DNA of 64,000 bases, from NCBI GenBank assembly GCA_949288455.1, contig CASEKF010000015.1, positions 18,132 to 82,131 on the forward strand. Reading direction: 5' to 3'. A program made the position numbers and the translations under genes. The DNA is from an uncultured bacterium (GTDB lineage: Bacteria > Vulcanimicrobiota > CADAWZ01). Below, in pieces: positions 9,409 to 19,682 of this stretch (positions are counted from its first letter, which is position 1; every line of letters begins with the position of its first letter). The notes under the pieces are model-generated. The model ran no database searches. It was given only the letters and a program-made list of their open reading frames with translations, and was not told the origin of the DNA.

Positions 9409-11124
9409 ATGTATAAATTTGCGGCAAGCGTAAACGCGAGATACTACGCGATACAAAAAGGCAACGAAATAACCTGCGGCTACGAAGGAGAAAATAAATG
9501 GACTAAGCCTTTTCCCTATTCTAAGCTGTCTTTGATATGTATTGCAAACAACGGAGTAATGATAGCGGCAGCCGACGGTCAAATTATGCAAATTTTTGCA
9601 GATCCCAGTATTTCCCCTACGCCATTAAAAGGACTAACAGCCCAAGAATTAGCCTCTAAAGACACCGTAATTACGGGACTAAAAATAAACTCAAGCGGAA
9701 CTCAACTGTGCTTAGGATTAAAACAAAAGATTTCTAATTTTACCGATAAGGTAAAATTTTTTTTCACCAAATCGGAAGCGAAAAAAAAACTTATAAAACA
9801 TAAGCTTCAATTTATCAGCCTAATAACCGACAATTTTAAAGATTACTATGAAAACACGCACTCTGAAATCGATTCGCATAAATATTTCTGGACAATTTCA
9901 AACGATTTTGACTGGCTAGCAATAGCCGAGCCTATCAAGAAATTAACGGGCAAATATACCAAAGTATCGCTTGTCAAAGTCAAGGAATTTACGGTTTACA
10001 AAGAGATATTGTTAAATAACGAAACCGCTCTCAGCAGACTGGACATAAACTCGGACGGGCTTATACTGGCGGATATAGAAGACGCTAGAGGCAAAGGAGC
10101 TCTTATCATAAGCCCTGAAGAAAGCAGCGTAAGAATTGAAAAAAAGCCCGACTGGGAAACCGTAGGTTTAGGAACCGATTTTTTAGCGTTTAAAAATCAA
10201 TCCAACGAAATTATTATAAAAACGTTTGACAATTATACGAAATGCTACGCGTCGTTCGCCGCTCTTGAAGAAATGAACGTTCCATGGTCGATACATTTTT
10301 TGGATAAAAACAACATCCACATTCTTACGGAAGAAAACGGCGAACTAAATTTAACCAGAACGACTTTGGATCATCTTGCAATAGAGGCGAAAAGATGGAC
10401 GTTCATCCAAGCTCGAAAGGCGGAAGTCAGAAATATCGAAAAAGAGAAGCAAGAAAGACATAATGAAAGACAAGAACTTTATAATAAAAAACGGAAAGAA
10501 TTAGCTAAAGGAATAGCTCTTATGAAATTCAACGCCGCCTTTAGTTCTCAGTCTGCAACGACAAACGAAGAGGCGGACTCAAACGAATCGAACGAACAAA
10601 GACGGGACGTTTTTCAAATTAAAAGAAACAAAAAAATTAATCTTTCCATATCTGAGAATAACGAGAATAACGAAGCCGTTCATTTATCCGAATCAGATTT
10701 AAAGACCGACGGACGAACTGAAACAACCGAAGAAGACCGGACGGAAATAAACGAATTACAGGAAGAAAGCGCCGCTACAAATGCAAATAATTCATACGCG
10801 TCTATTAGAGCGTTACAAATAGAAGCGGAAGAAGCGGCCGCTCCTACGGAAGAACAAGAAGCCGAATCTCCAACCGCAGAAAAAATACGGCAGGAAGAAT
10901 CGCTGCAATCTCTTCGTATGAAAGTTCGGTCGCGCGTCGCGTCAAATCTTACGCCCGAAAATATGGAAACGTTAAAGAAAGAAAGACAAAAGATACGGCA
11001 GCTACTGGATATTTTAGACGAAAGATTTATTCAAGGAGAAATTACCGAACAATCTTATCAAGAACTAAAAACAAAATATCTGAAGAAGCGAAAAATTCTA
11101 GAAAAATATTTAAACAATCAATAA
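9409..11124 (+). CDS. hypothetical protein: repeat-like N-domain, acidic coiled middle, SHOCT-like C-terminus
   Basis: 571-aa ORF. The C-terminal LDILDERFIQGEITEQSYQELKTKYLKKRKIL resembles the SHOCT short C-terminal motif. No Shine-Dalgarno sequence before ATG 9409, so the start is uncertain. Confidence 0.45.
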   Translation: MYKFAASVNARYYAIQKGNEITCGYEGENKWTKPFPYSKLSLICIANNGVMIAAADGQIMQIFADPSISPTPLKGLTAQELASKDTVITGLKINSSGTQLCLGLKQKISNFTDKVKFFFTKSEAKKKLIKHKLQFISLITDNFKDYYENTHSEIDSHKYFWTISNDFDWLAIAEPIKKLTGKYTKVSLVKVKEFTVYKEILLNNETALSRLDINSDGLILADIEDARGKGALIISPEESSVRIEKKPDWETVGLGTDFLAFKNQSNEIIIKTFDNYTKCYASFAALEEMNVPWSIHFLDKNNIHILTEENGELNLTRTTLDHLAIEAKRWTFIQARKAEVRNIEKEKQERHNERQELYNKKRKELAKGIALMKFNAAFSSQSATTNEEADSNESNEQRRDVFQIKRNKKINLSISENNENNEAVHLSESDLKTDGRTETTEEDRTEINELQEESAATNANNSYASIRALQIEAEEAAAPTEEQEAESPTAEKIRQEESLQSLRMKVRSRVASNLTPENMETLKKERQKIRQLLDILDERFIQGEITEQSYQELKTKYLKKRKILEKYLNNQ

Positions 11125-11154
11125 ATTTTCCGGGGCCTTCGGCTATAACGCCGT

Positions 11155-13152
11155 TTACTTATCGGTTTCCTGAACGTCCGGAATTACCGTTTTTCCGTCG
11201 GAAAATCGTTCGTATATATCTTTTATGCTTTCGTATGATTGTATAAACAGCTCGACTATAGCAGGATCAAACGCGGAGCCGCTCTCTTTTTTTATATATT
11301 CCATAGCTTTATCAAAACTCCATGGTTCTTTATACGGCCTGATTGAAGTCAAAGCGTCGAATACGTCGCATACGGCTACTATACGGCCTTCTACTGGGAT
11401 TGCTTCCCCGTACAAACCGTAAGGATATCCGGAACCGTTCCATTTTTCATGATGCGAAACGGCTATTTTTTCAGCAGTCCAAAGAAGAGGAGAATCGCTG
11501 CCCGATAAAATTTTCTTTCCTATAACAGTATGACTTTTCATTACTTCAAACTCTTCCCGCGTCATTTTGCCAGGCTTTAAAAGAATGTCGTCAGGTATTC
11601 CTATTTTGCCGATATCATGCATTGTGGCCGCCTCTTTCAACAGCTCTCTGTCTCGTTCGGAACATCCCAATTTTTCGGCGATAATATTAACGTAACCGCT
11701 TACTCTAACGACATGCAAACCGGTGTCATGGTCTCGATATTCCGCGGCTAACGCAAGTCTCCTAATAATCTCCCTTTTCGTGTTTTCAATTTCTCCAAAA
11801 CTTTTTTGCAGCTGCGAACCCAAATTGTTTAACGCGTCCGCAACCGCCGCCGTTTCATAAGAAGCTCCAAATAATTTCTTAAAAAAAGAACCTCTTTTTA
11901 TCTCAGGCAGCCGATAGTCAAAACGACCTAACGCGAACATATCCGCTTGACGCTTAAGCAGCATTGTAGGAGTCGCTCCAATTTTTGACAGGTAAAGTAT
12001 AAACGGGGATACAAAAATACAAATTCCTAAAAACAAATAAAACATATTTCTTTGAAGTCTTCTGACACCTTCAGAGAAAACTTTTTCAGGAGTAGCTATA
12101 ACAAAAATAAAATCTTCAAAAAATTCTACTGGAGTAAAAAAATATCTCGTTTTAGTTTTCAATTCCGGATCATAGATAGACACGCCCATCTCTTTAAAAT
12201 TTCGCCTGAATTTGTTAAGAAGTTGACCGTACCTCAAATTGGGAGCTTCGTTCAAGACGTTCAGCAAGGTTTGTCCGGAGTAAAAAAAGTAATCGATATA
12301 TCGTATCATAGATTTATCTTTTGATTTTACGGCGTCGTTCTTCAAATCCAAAAAATCTATGACGCCTTCTCTGGACGGCATATTTTTCCAGGTCGACTTA
12401 GATCCGACGGCATAGCGATTTTGCATCAAAAGCAAACAATAACCTTCCGAGTTCTCCTTATTATTTTCAAGCTCCAAAACGCGCTGTAAGGCCGAAATCG
12501 AGATATCTACGGTAACTACCGCGACCACTTCGTCATTAACGAGAGCCGGAACGGAGTAAGTTATCATCATTATTCCTCCCCCGTTCAAATCCTCGTAGGG
12601 AGACGACCAGTAAGGTTTTTTCGTCGCTACCGGAATTTTATACCAATCCCACTCGGTATAATCGTAATTTTTTTTTGCAAGATCAGAAAACCGTATTGGC
12701 TGTTCCGGATTTCCTCTAAAAAAATAGGGCGCAAATTCGCCTATTTCAGGAGTCGCTTCCGGAACGAAAGCCACGGCGGAAGCGTAAACGTCTACGCCAT
12801 CTTCCAACGAGTTATAAAAAAAAGGCCTAATTACGCTTTCAAAAAGTATTTTTGAAAGCAAAGCCTTAGTTTCCGCCTGATCGCGACTATATTTCAAGAC
12901 ATATTGATTTGTCCCGACAAACGAAGCTCCGAAGAAAAATGCCAATCTATCGGCAAGCGATTTGGAACCCGCTACGGAATAAGCGATCTTGGACATTATT
13001 CTTTTGCTTTTACTTTCCGATCTAAGCGCAAAATTACGACGAACTCCGTCTCTTGCGAAAAATTGCATAAGCGATAAAGGTAAAAGCGTCAAAATTATCA
13101 CCGCTACAAAAAATAAAAACAGCTGTTTCCTCATTGAAAAATATCCGGTCAA
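11155..13152 (-). CDS. HD-GYP domain c-di-GMP phosphodiesterase with periplasmic Cache-like sensor and HAMP-like linker
   Basis: Two TM helices flank a ~330-aa extracytoplasmic domain. The C-terminus carries HDTGLHVVRV, HDIGKIGIPDDILLKPGKMT and HHEKWNGSGYPYGL (HD and GYP motifs). Confidence 0.85.
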   Translation of the reverse strand: MTGYFSMRKQLFLFFVAVIILTLLPLSLMQFFARDGVRRNFALRSESKSKRIMSKIAYSVAGSKSLADRLAFFFGASFVGTNQYVLKYSRDQAETKALLSKILFESVIRPFFYNSLEDGVDVYASAVAFVPEATPEIGEFAPYFFRGNPEQPIRFSDLAKKNYDYTEWDWYKIPVATKKPYWSSPYEDLNGGGIMMITYSVPALVNDEVVAVVTVDISISALQRVLELENNKENSEGYCLLLMQNRYAVGSKSTWKNMPSREGVIDFLDLKNDAVKSKDKSMIRYIDYFFYSGQTLLNVLNEAPNLRYGQLLNKFRRNFKEMGVSIYDPELKTKTRYFFTPVEFFEDFIFVIATPEKVFSEGVRRLQRNMFYLFLGICIFVSPFILYLSKIGATPTMLLKRQADMFALGRFDYRLPEIKRGSFFKKLFGASYETAAVADALNNLGSQLQKSFGEIENTKREIIRRLALAAEYRDHDTGLHVVRVSGYVNIIAEKLGCSERDRELLKEAATMHDIGKIGIPDDILLKPGKMTREEFEVMKSHTVIGKKILSGSDSPLLWTAEKIAVSHHEKWNGSGYPYGLYGEAIPVEGRIVAVCDVFDALTSIRPYKEPWSFDKAMEYIKKESGSAFDPAIVELFIQSYESIKDIYERFSDGKTVIPDVQETDK

Positions 13153-13353
13153 AATCTCACCTCAAACGCCGCGTTTTATAATTTTTCAACATTTCCTATG
13201 TAGATCGACATAGTTTTGACGAAGATTCTTAATATTTTTCTAAGTTGGCCGAGTTTTCTCCTTTACCCCTAAAACTGAAGCTACGTCAAGTTTTACGTAT
13301 TTCCCGCTATTTTGAGACTCCAAATAAAAAAACTTAATTAATCGCAAAAAAGC

Positions 13354-13381
13354 TTGACAAATATCTTTTTTTTGTTATAAT
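13354..13381 (+). promoter_or_regulatory. sigma70-type promoter of tRNA-Leu
   Basis: Consensus TTGACA (13354-13359), 16-nt spacer, consensus TATAAT (13376-13381), about 33 nt upstream of the tRNA 5' end. Confidence 0.6.
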
Positions 13382-13414
13382 AATGCTTGTTCAAATTACG
13401 ACGCAGAACAATCT

Positions 13415-13495
13415 GCGGAGGTGGCGGAATGGCAGACGCGTACGTTTGAGGGGCGTATGGGTTATCCCGTGAGGGTTCGAGTCCCTCTCTCCGCA
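13415..13495 (+). tRNA. tRNA-Leu, anticodon GAG (type II, long variable arm), no encoded CCA
   Basis: Folded by hand. Acceptor gcggagg/tctccgc, anticodon stem tacgt/gcgta, loop ttGAGgg, 13-nt variable arm, T arm gaggg-ttcgagt-ccctc, discriminator A. 81 nt. Confidence 0.9.
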
Positions 13496-13504
13496 TAAAA
13501 AAAA

Positions 13505-13533
13505 CGGCTCCGATTAATCGGAGCCGTTTTTTT
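13505..13533 (+). terminator. rho-independent terminator after tRNA-Leu
   Basis: cggctccgatt/aatcggagccg stem followed by a T7 run. Confidence 0.8.
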
Positions 13534-13628
13534 ATGCGTTTCTTATCTAATTTCTTTTAAGTAAATATTGACTGAATAAAAAACGCGAATGATAATATAT
13601 AAGTAAAGCGAATATACAAGGCTTATCT

Positions 13629-16600
13629 ATGAGCTATGCGAGGACGCCGATGGATCTAACACTAAAATCGAACCGAATTCTCAGCGCGACGGCAAACAAA
13701 CTTATTTTGTCGATAACCGACGATTATACGACATCAGACGTTCCCTGGACTTCAATTTCCCATATAATAGCGGCGTCAATCAAAGGGAAAAAACCTCCGT
13801 ATATGTTGTTGTTTTTTATAAGAGATTATTCGGAAATATTCGTAATAGACGCCTCCATTTTTAATTTTAAATCTTTTCTCTCAAAAACTATAATCAAGCA
13901 AAATCAAAAATTTCTCCAGCTAATCAAGTCTTTTGTAGAATCGTCTAAAAAAGCTTTTATAGACTGGCCTTTAAGAGACGCCATCAAAAGCGATTCTCTT
14001 TCTTTTCTGCCCGAATTTAAAAATATGGGTTCTTTAATGTCATACTGCGCGTCTATTAAAACGAAGGAAAACTTTGAAGAAAATCAAAAAACAAACGAAA
14101 TCTCCGACGACTCCAAAATAATGATGTTCCACAAAAAACTGGAGTATTTCCGAAACAGAAGGGAAATGGCAAAAATAAAGCTTATAAAAGCTAAAGATAT
14201 TTACGCTCAAGCTCAGGAAGGCGAAGAATACGAATATACCCTGATATCTGTTTTAAAAGAAACAGACGGAGCGTTAAGCATAGATCCAAATTTTATAGAC
14301 GCTTATCTTTTTAAATCGAATATATCTAGAGACCTCGACCGTAAAAGGAACGCTCTTGAAGCTCTTCTTTCCATAACGGCAAGGATTCCCGAAAATATGC
14401 TTAACGACGTATTATCGACAGATATCTATATTCACCTTGCCGATTTATACTATGAACTTAACGAACCGGCTAAAGAAATGGAGATGTTTCAAAATTACTG
14501 CGGGATCTCTCCGTCAAAAGATGCGAATCACGCCATAGTCAAAGCTCTGTCCGATTATTTACAAATGGATAACAGCGACTGGTATAATCTAGCGATTGAA
14601 GGCTATAATTATTATCTTGACGGGAATCCGTTTAAAGCATCCAATATTTTTTTAGAACTGCTTTCAAAAGTAAATTTTAGATGGGGATACCATTGGCTGG
14701 CTCTATGTTTTAAAGCTCTGGGAAATATTCCTCAAGCCATAGATTTATTAAACGCCGCTAATAGTCAATATCCGTCGTATTCGACATATATGGAACTAGG
14801 TTTCTTACTGGAAGAGAACGGAGAGCCGATAAAAGCTCAAAATATCTTTAGGCAAGCGTTTGAATTTATGCCTAAATGTCCGTACGCTTACATGTCTTCC
14901 GCTCAAAGTCTTATAAAATCTTCAACCGACGATATTACCGCGTTTAACTTAATACTAGAAGCTATAGACTGCGATCCGTACGGTCCTTTTATAAGTCATG
15001 CGGAGGAACTGGTTAAACAGATCCAAAAAGCGTCTTCTGCTACCGGCAAAAACCTGGAGGAAAGAAGAACTAAAAAAGTAGGGGACTCGTTTGAAGACGG
15101 CTATAAAATACAAGATATTTTTAAAGGCGGCATGGGAATAGTCTATAAAGTTCTTGAAGAAGAAACAGGAAAAATATACGCGATAAAAACTTTCCAAGAT
15201 AAATTTATCTGGAACGCGGAAGTGGTAAAAATGTTTTACCACGAAGCCGAGATCTGGATAAGACTTGGCATACACCAAAATATAGTTCAAGCTATAAAAG
15301 TAAAAGACTTCGACGGCAAGCCTTATATGTTTTTGGAATTTATAGAAGGCACAGATTTAGAAGCTATATTAAAATACAGACAACTTAACGCCGAAGAAAT
15401 CATAGATTACGCGCTTCAATTTTGCAGCGGGATGGGCTACGCGTATAAAACGCTCGGAGTTATACACCAAGATATCAAGCCTTCAAATTGTATGATTACG
15501 AACGACGGCATTCTAAAGATTACCGACTTCGGATTAGTAAAAATTTTTTCGGAGACCATGGATTCTTCTCAAGCGGACTCTGAGCTTGAACAAATTAAAG
15601 CTCAAAGAAAAACCATGATGGAACTCTTGCCTAGCGACATAAAAAACGCTAAGCCGTCAAGTCTTTTAGACGCCAACGCTATCGATATAGATATGGCCGG
15701 AGTTACGTCTTCTTTTATGGATACCGATACTATGGACGGCAATAATTCGAAAGTAGGAGGAACAATTCCATATATGGCTCCTGAACTTTTTACCGGAGAA
15801 GGAACAGTAAGCGCTTTAACGGACATATATTCGTTCGGAGCCATGCTTTATGAAATGATCGACGGAGAACCTCCGTTCGGAGCGGAGGATTTTGAAAGCT
15901 GCATAATGGGCCATATAGAAAAAATCCCGGACAATCCTTCCCTAAAAAGAAAAGACATTCCGGAAGAGCTCAGCGCAATAGCTTTAAAATGCCTGGAAAA
16001 AAATCCGGAAGACAGATACGGCGATTTCAGCGAAATATTTGCGGATCTCACTTCCCTTTCGGCAAAATTAGGAATAGAATCATACAGCTTTGGAAACTCA
16101 AACGCCGAGGAATACGACACGCTGGAAAGAATGATTTACCGCGGAGAAGCTCTTATGGTTCTTGAAAAGTACGCGGAAGCGGCCGAAGTCTTTACAAAAA
16201 CTCTTAAAGTCTATCCTATGGCTACTAAGGTTCTCACTGAAAGAGCGGAGTGCTACAGAGTTATGGGCAAATATAAAGAATCCCTGCATGATCTCAAGAC
16301 CTCTTTAAAATCAGATAAAACCAACGCTAAAGCGCACTACTATATGGGACTTCTATGCCTTTCCATAAAACAATTCAAAGAAGCTCACGCATATTTTCAA
16401 ACTTCGGCAAAGCTGAATCCGGATAATGCGGACGTATGGTTAAAATTAGGTTCAATGTACGATCTTATAGGAGATCCTAAAACTGCTTTAAAATATTACG
16501 ATAACGCTTTGAAAATAAATTCAAGATTTACCGTAGCATGGAATAATAAAGGCAATATATTTATGAAGGAGGGCAAATACTTCGACGCTCTGGCTTGTTA

Positions 16601-19481
16601 TACAAAATCAATCGAATCTAATCCAAGATATCAACTTGCATGGTTAAATCAGGGAATCGTAAAGCAGCAGCTTCATTTACATTTTGACGCGATCAGCTCC
16701 TTCAAAAAATCTATAGAAATCAATCCTAAATCTACGAAAGCCATGGTTTGCATATTGGACTCTCTTACGAAAATAAAAGCTTACGACGAGGCCTTTAAAT
16801 ATTTTGAACTGCTTGAGGAACTAGAACAATCAAATTTTTATATACTTTTTTTAAAAGCAGTCTGCTATTATGAAAAAGGGATGTTTAAAGAGGCGCTCAA
16901 ATTTATAAAGCAAGCTTTAGAGCAGGATAAAAACTCAAAACAGGCGGCGAAGTTTCTGCTGTTCGTTTATCTTAAACTGTATAAATACGCAGAAGGCAAA
17001 CAGGCGTATGAAAAGTTGTCCTCAGTATGCCGGGAAGATTCGGATATAAAACTCATATATGACACGATGTGCGAACGTCTGAACGCGTTAAGCTTTATGA
17101 AAGATTATTCCATATGGTTTTCAGAGCCTGAATTACGAGATAATATACATTTTTCCATAACAGAGTTCGAATTGAACTTCAGCAAATACGAAAACAAACT
17201 AAAAGAATACGACGAAAATTCTATCCTAAAAAACAGGCTTTATCTGCTAAATCAAATCATGTCGAAAGACGTACAGAATTCTAATTCGAAGTATCCATGC
17301 GTTAAATTCGTCGACTTTAACGAACCTATTCTTACGGAAGAACAAAAAATTTACGAAGAATTAAAAAAACTCCTGAGAAAGAACAACGGAAAGCCGCTAT
17401 TAATTCAAAGTCATTCCAATAACGAAAGCGCATACGACAAAGCGCTGGAGGCCATGTACAAAACTAAGGATTATACGAAAGCCCTGCAATTATTTCAAAA
17501 AATAATTCCTAAAGTATGGGGCGAAATAGAATTATGGAACCATGTAGCCGTATGTATGTTTGAATTGGGAGATAATATAGGAGCTCTGAATATACTTTCT
17601 CAAGGTATAGCCCGGACTCCTTTAGAGTTAAAATTCTGGCTTTTAAAAGGTTTTTTAGAAAAAAAACTAAGACTAAAAAAACAAAGCGTCGATACATTCG
17701 CATTCATTCTGTCTATATTTCCGGCCTCTACGGAAGCTCTTTTCGCTATAATATCGATAAACACGGAAAACGGACTTACAAGAAAGGCGGGATATATAGC
17801 GGGAATATTCTCTTCGCTTTTCGACAGGCTTTCTCTTGAAAATCCGACTAATTTATTTGCATTGAGCTTTATTTATCTGGCCTCAGGAAGATTGGACGAA
17901 GCTAAAGACGCAATCGATTCTTTTCTCTCCTTCTACCCTTCCTCAATAGACGCTACGTTTTTATATATTTACTTAGACTTGGCAAAACACAATTATGACT
18001 CTGCTCTTAACAGGCTATTGGCAATACAACCCAAAGATACTGAAAATAACTTATATGCCGAGCGCTTAATGAACCTAATAGAAGGCTATATTTTAATGAA
18101 TCAGGAAAAATTTGATTTAGCCGACTTGGCTTTTAATAAAATTCCTTCTGCTTTTGAAGAATATCCCTTCGCAATATACTATAAGATAATCTCAATGTCA
18201 AAAACGGAAGATCATGGCCTAGCGGTCAAAACCATTATATCAAATCTTATTTCGGAACATCCAAACGAGGATCTTCTCTGGGAAGCGCAGGGATATATAT
18301 TGAGCAAAGATAAAAACACGTATACAAACGCCTTATGGTCCTTCTCGAAATCAATAGAGCTAAACCCTGAATCTATATACGCATATATCAACTCAGGCAT
18401 AGTACTGCATAAAATAGGACGATATGAAGACTCTCTGGAATTTTTTGACAAAGCGATCTCAAAAGAGGCAGACAATGAAGACGCCATTACGCTAAAAGCC
18501 GTTTCGTTCTTCCTTTTAGATAAATGCGACGAAGCTTTAGAATGGATAACAAAAGCCCAAGCTATAAACGCTTTCAACAGCTTTCCGTACCTTTTAACGG
18601 CCGTTATACTTTTTAAACGGGGCAAATATAACGAAGCGTCCGAACGTATTGATCAAGCTTTCGCCATAGATCCTAACAATCCTGAGCTTTGGAATCTGAA
18701 AGGGCTTTTAATGAGAGCGTCCAATAAAATAAACGACGAAATCTTTAGTTATAACAGAGCTATAGAGCTAGAGCCTACATGCGTCTCGGCATGCGTCAAT
18801 AAAGGCATATGGCTAATGGAAACTAAGCGTTATCAAGAAGCTAAGGCAATTTTTGACATAGTGCTTGAAAAATCGCCTAATTATGCCGTAGCTTGGAGGG
18901 AAAGCGGAGAATGTCAATATAAGCTCCAAAAATATAACGACGCTTTAAGACGTTATAACTTAAGCATACAAACGACGCCGTTAGATTATGAGGCGCATAA
19001 TGGGAAAGCTGAAACGCTTATGGCTTTGGACAAAAGTTCCGAAGCTTTATGGGCTATGCAGAGATCGGTTGAACTTAACGATAAACAGGCTAACATCTGG
19101 AATAATATCGGAGTAGTTCTAGCTCGCTCAGGAGTTTACGAACAAGCTTATCAATCGTTAATAAAGGCTTCCGAACAAGAAGATATTTACGACGTAATAA
19201 TTTATAATTTGCTGCTGATGTCCATGGAAATCAATCACATAGAAAATATAAAACTGTTCAGCGAAAGATTTTATGAAATCGAAACATCTCTTGAATTACC
19301 TCAACCGGGCAAATCTCAGTTGCTTTTAGCTCCGTTTCGACAACCTACCGCGCCTTTTGCGACTACTGATTTTAGTTCATATTTCGATTTAAAAGTAAAA
19401 CCTATGCCGTTATTCTTCATTAAAACGGGAGAATACCTTACGACACGAAAAAATTTCTGCTATAATTACTTAGAGACTTGA
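13629..19481 (+). CDS. giant Ser/Thr protein kinase embedded in TPR repeat arrays (1950 aa)
   Basis: Hanks kinase motifs: G-loop KGGMGIVYK, YAIKTF lysine, catalytic loop HQDIKPSN, DFG at 15524-15532, APE at 15776-15784. TPR-like 34-aa repeats lie both upstream (about aa 190-470) and downstream (about aa 830-1900). Confidence 0.85.
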   Translation: MSYARTPMDLTLKSNRILSATANKLILSITDDYTTSDVPWTSISHIIAASIKGKKPPYMLLFFIRDYSEIFVIDASIFNFKSFLSKTIIKQNQKFLQLIKSFVESSKKAFIDWPLRDAIKSDSLSFLPEFKNMGSLMSYCASIKTKENFEENQKTNEISDDSKIMMFHKKLEYFRNRREMAKIKLIKAKDIYAQAQEGEEYEYTLISVLKETDGALSIDPNFIDAYLFKSNISRDLDRKRNALEALLSITARIPENMLNDVLSTDIYIHLADLYYELNEPAKEMEMFQNYCGISPSKDANHAIVKALSDYLQMDNSDWYNLAIEGYNYYLDGNPFKASNIFLELLSKVNFRWGYHWLALCFKALGNIPQAIDLLNAANSQYPSYSTYMELGFLLEENGEPIKAQNIFRQAFEFMPKCPYAYMSSAQSLIKSSTDDITAFNLILEAIDCDPYGPFISHAEELVKQIQKASSATGKNLEERRTKKVGDSFEDGYKIQDIFKGGMGIVYKVLEEETGKIYAIKTFQDKFIWNAEVVKMFYHEAEIWIRLGIHQNIVQAIKVKDFDGKPYMFLEFIEGTDLEAILKYRQLNAEEIIDYALQFCSGMGYAYKTLGVIHQDIKPSNCMITNDGILKITDFGLVKIFSETMDSSQADSELEQIKAQRKTMMELLPSDIKNAKPSSLLDANAIDIDMAGVTSSFMDTDTMDGNNSKVGGTIPYMAPELFTGEGTVSALTDIYSFGAMLYEMIDGEPPFGAEDFESCIMGHIEKIPDNPSLKRKDIPEELSAIALKCLEKNPEDRYGDFSEIFADLTSLSAKLGIESYSFGNSNAEEYDTLERMIYRGEALMVLEKYAEAAEVFTKTLKVYPMATKVLTERAECYRVMGKYKESLHDLKTSLKSDKTNAKAHYYMGLLCLSIKQFKEAHAYFQTSAKLNPDNADVWLKLGSMYDLIGDPKTALKYYDNALKINSRFTVAWNNKGNIFMKEGKYFDALACYTKSIESNPRYQLAWLNQGIVKQQLHLHFDAISSFKKSIEINPKSTKAMVCILDSLTKIKAYDEAFKYFELLEELEQSNFYILFLKAVCYYEKGMFKEALKFIKQALEQDKNSKQAAKFLLFVYLKLYKYAEGKQAYEKLSSVCREDSDIKLIYDTMCERLNALSFMKDYSIWFSEPELRDNIHFSITEFELNFSKYENKLKEYDENSILKNRLYLLNQIMSKDVQNSNSKYPCVKFVDFNEPILTEEQKIYEELKKLLRKNNGKPLLIQSHSNNESAYDKALEAMYKTKDYTKALQLFQKIIPKVWGEIELWNHVAVCMFELGDNIGALNILSQGIARTPLELKFWLLKGFLEKKLRLKKQSVDTFAFILSIFPASTEALFAIISINTENGLTRKAGYIAGIFSSLFDRLSLENPTNLFALSFIYLASGRLDEAKDAIDSFLSFYPSSIDATFLYIYLDLAKHNYDSALNRLLAIQPKDTENNLYAERLMNLIEGYILMNQEKFDLADLAFNKIPSAFEEYPFAIYYKIISMSKTEDHGLAVKTIISNLISEHPNEDLLWEAQGYILSKDKNTYTNALWSFSKSIELNPESIYAYINSGIVLHKIGRYEDSLEFFDKAISKEADNEDAITLKAVSFFLLDKCDEALEWITKAQAINAFNSFPYLLTAVILFKRGKYNEASERIDQAFAIDPNNPELWNLKGLLMRASNKINDEIFSYNRAIELEPTCVSACVNKGIWLMETKRYQEAKAIFDIVLEKSPNYAVAWRESGECQYKLQKYNDALRRYNLSIQTTPLDYEAHNGKAETLMALDKSSEALWAMQRSVELNDKQANIWNNIGVVLARSGVYEQAYQSLIKASEQEDIYDVIIYNLLLMSMEINHIENIKLFSERFYEIETSLELPQPGKSQLLLAPFRQPTAPFATTDFSSYFDLKVKPMPLFFIKTGEYLTTRKNFCYNYLET

Positions 19482-19682
19482 TAAAAAACAAATAGTTTGG
19501 TATAACATATTAACAATTACTACGTTTTAACGAACGCTTTCGAAAGCGAACGAATAAAAAAAACGCTGTAAACTAATAAATTAAACGATATATTAAAAAA
19601 TTTATAAATACCTGCGTTTTCTTTAACGACGGCAATCAAATAACGTTAATAAATAAACGTTTAAAAAATGAGAGGATATTTA

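Noticed and set aside
12668-12676. Homopolymer tracts inside coding regions as phase-variation switches (T9 at 12668-12676 in the HD-GYP gene; A9 at 9781-9789; A9 at 39035-39043 in the TolC signal peptide; A8 runs in glycosyltransferase genes, e.g. 46017-46024)
   Set aside because: All are in frame and encode Lys/Phe runs, as expected in an AT-rich genome. Lengths of 8-9 nt are marginal for slippage. A single sequence gives no evidence of length variation.
13415-13629. tRNA-Leu as a possible integration site for a genomic island
   Set aside because: There is no integrase, no direct repeat of the tRNA 3' end and no mobility gene downstream. The tRNA has its own promoter and terminator and is followed by a normal-looking chromosomal gene.
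19535-19548. 14-bp palindrome cgctttcgaaagcg after the giant kinase gene as a terminator
   Set aside because: It is followed by an A-run rather than a T-run on the plus strand, and the stem is short. More likely the kinase and the downstream TPR gene are co-transcribed.
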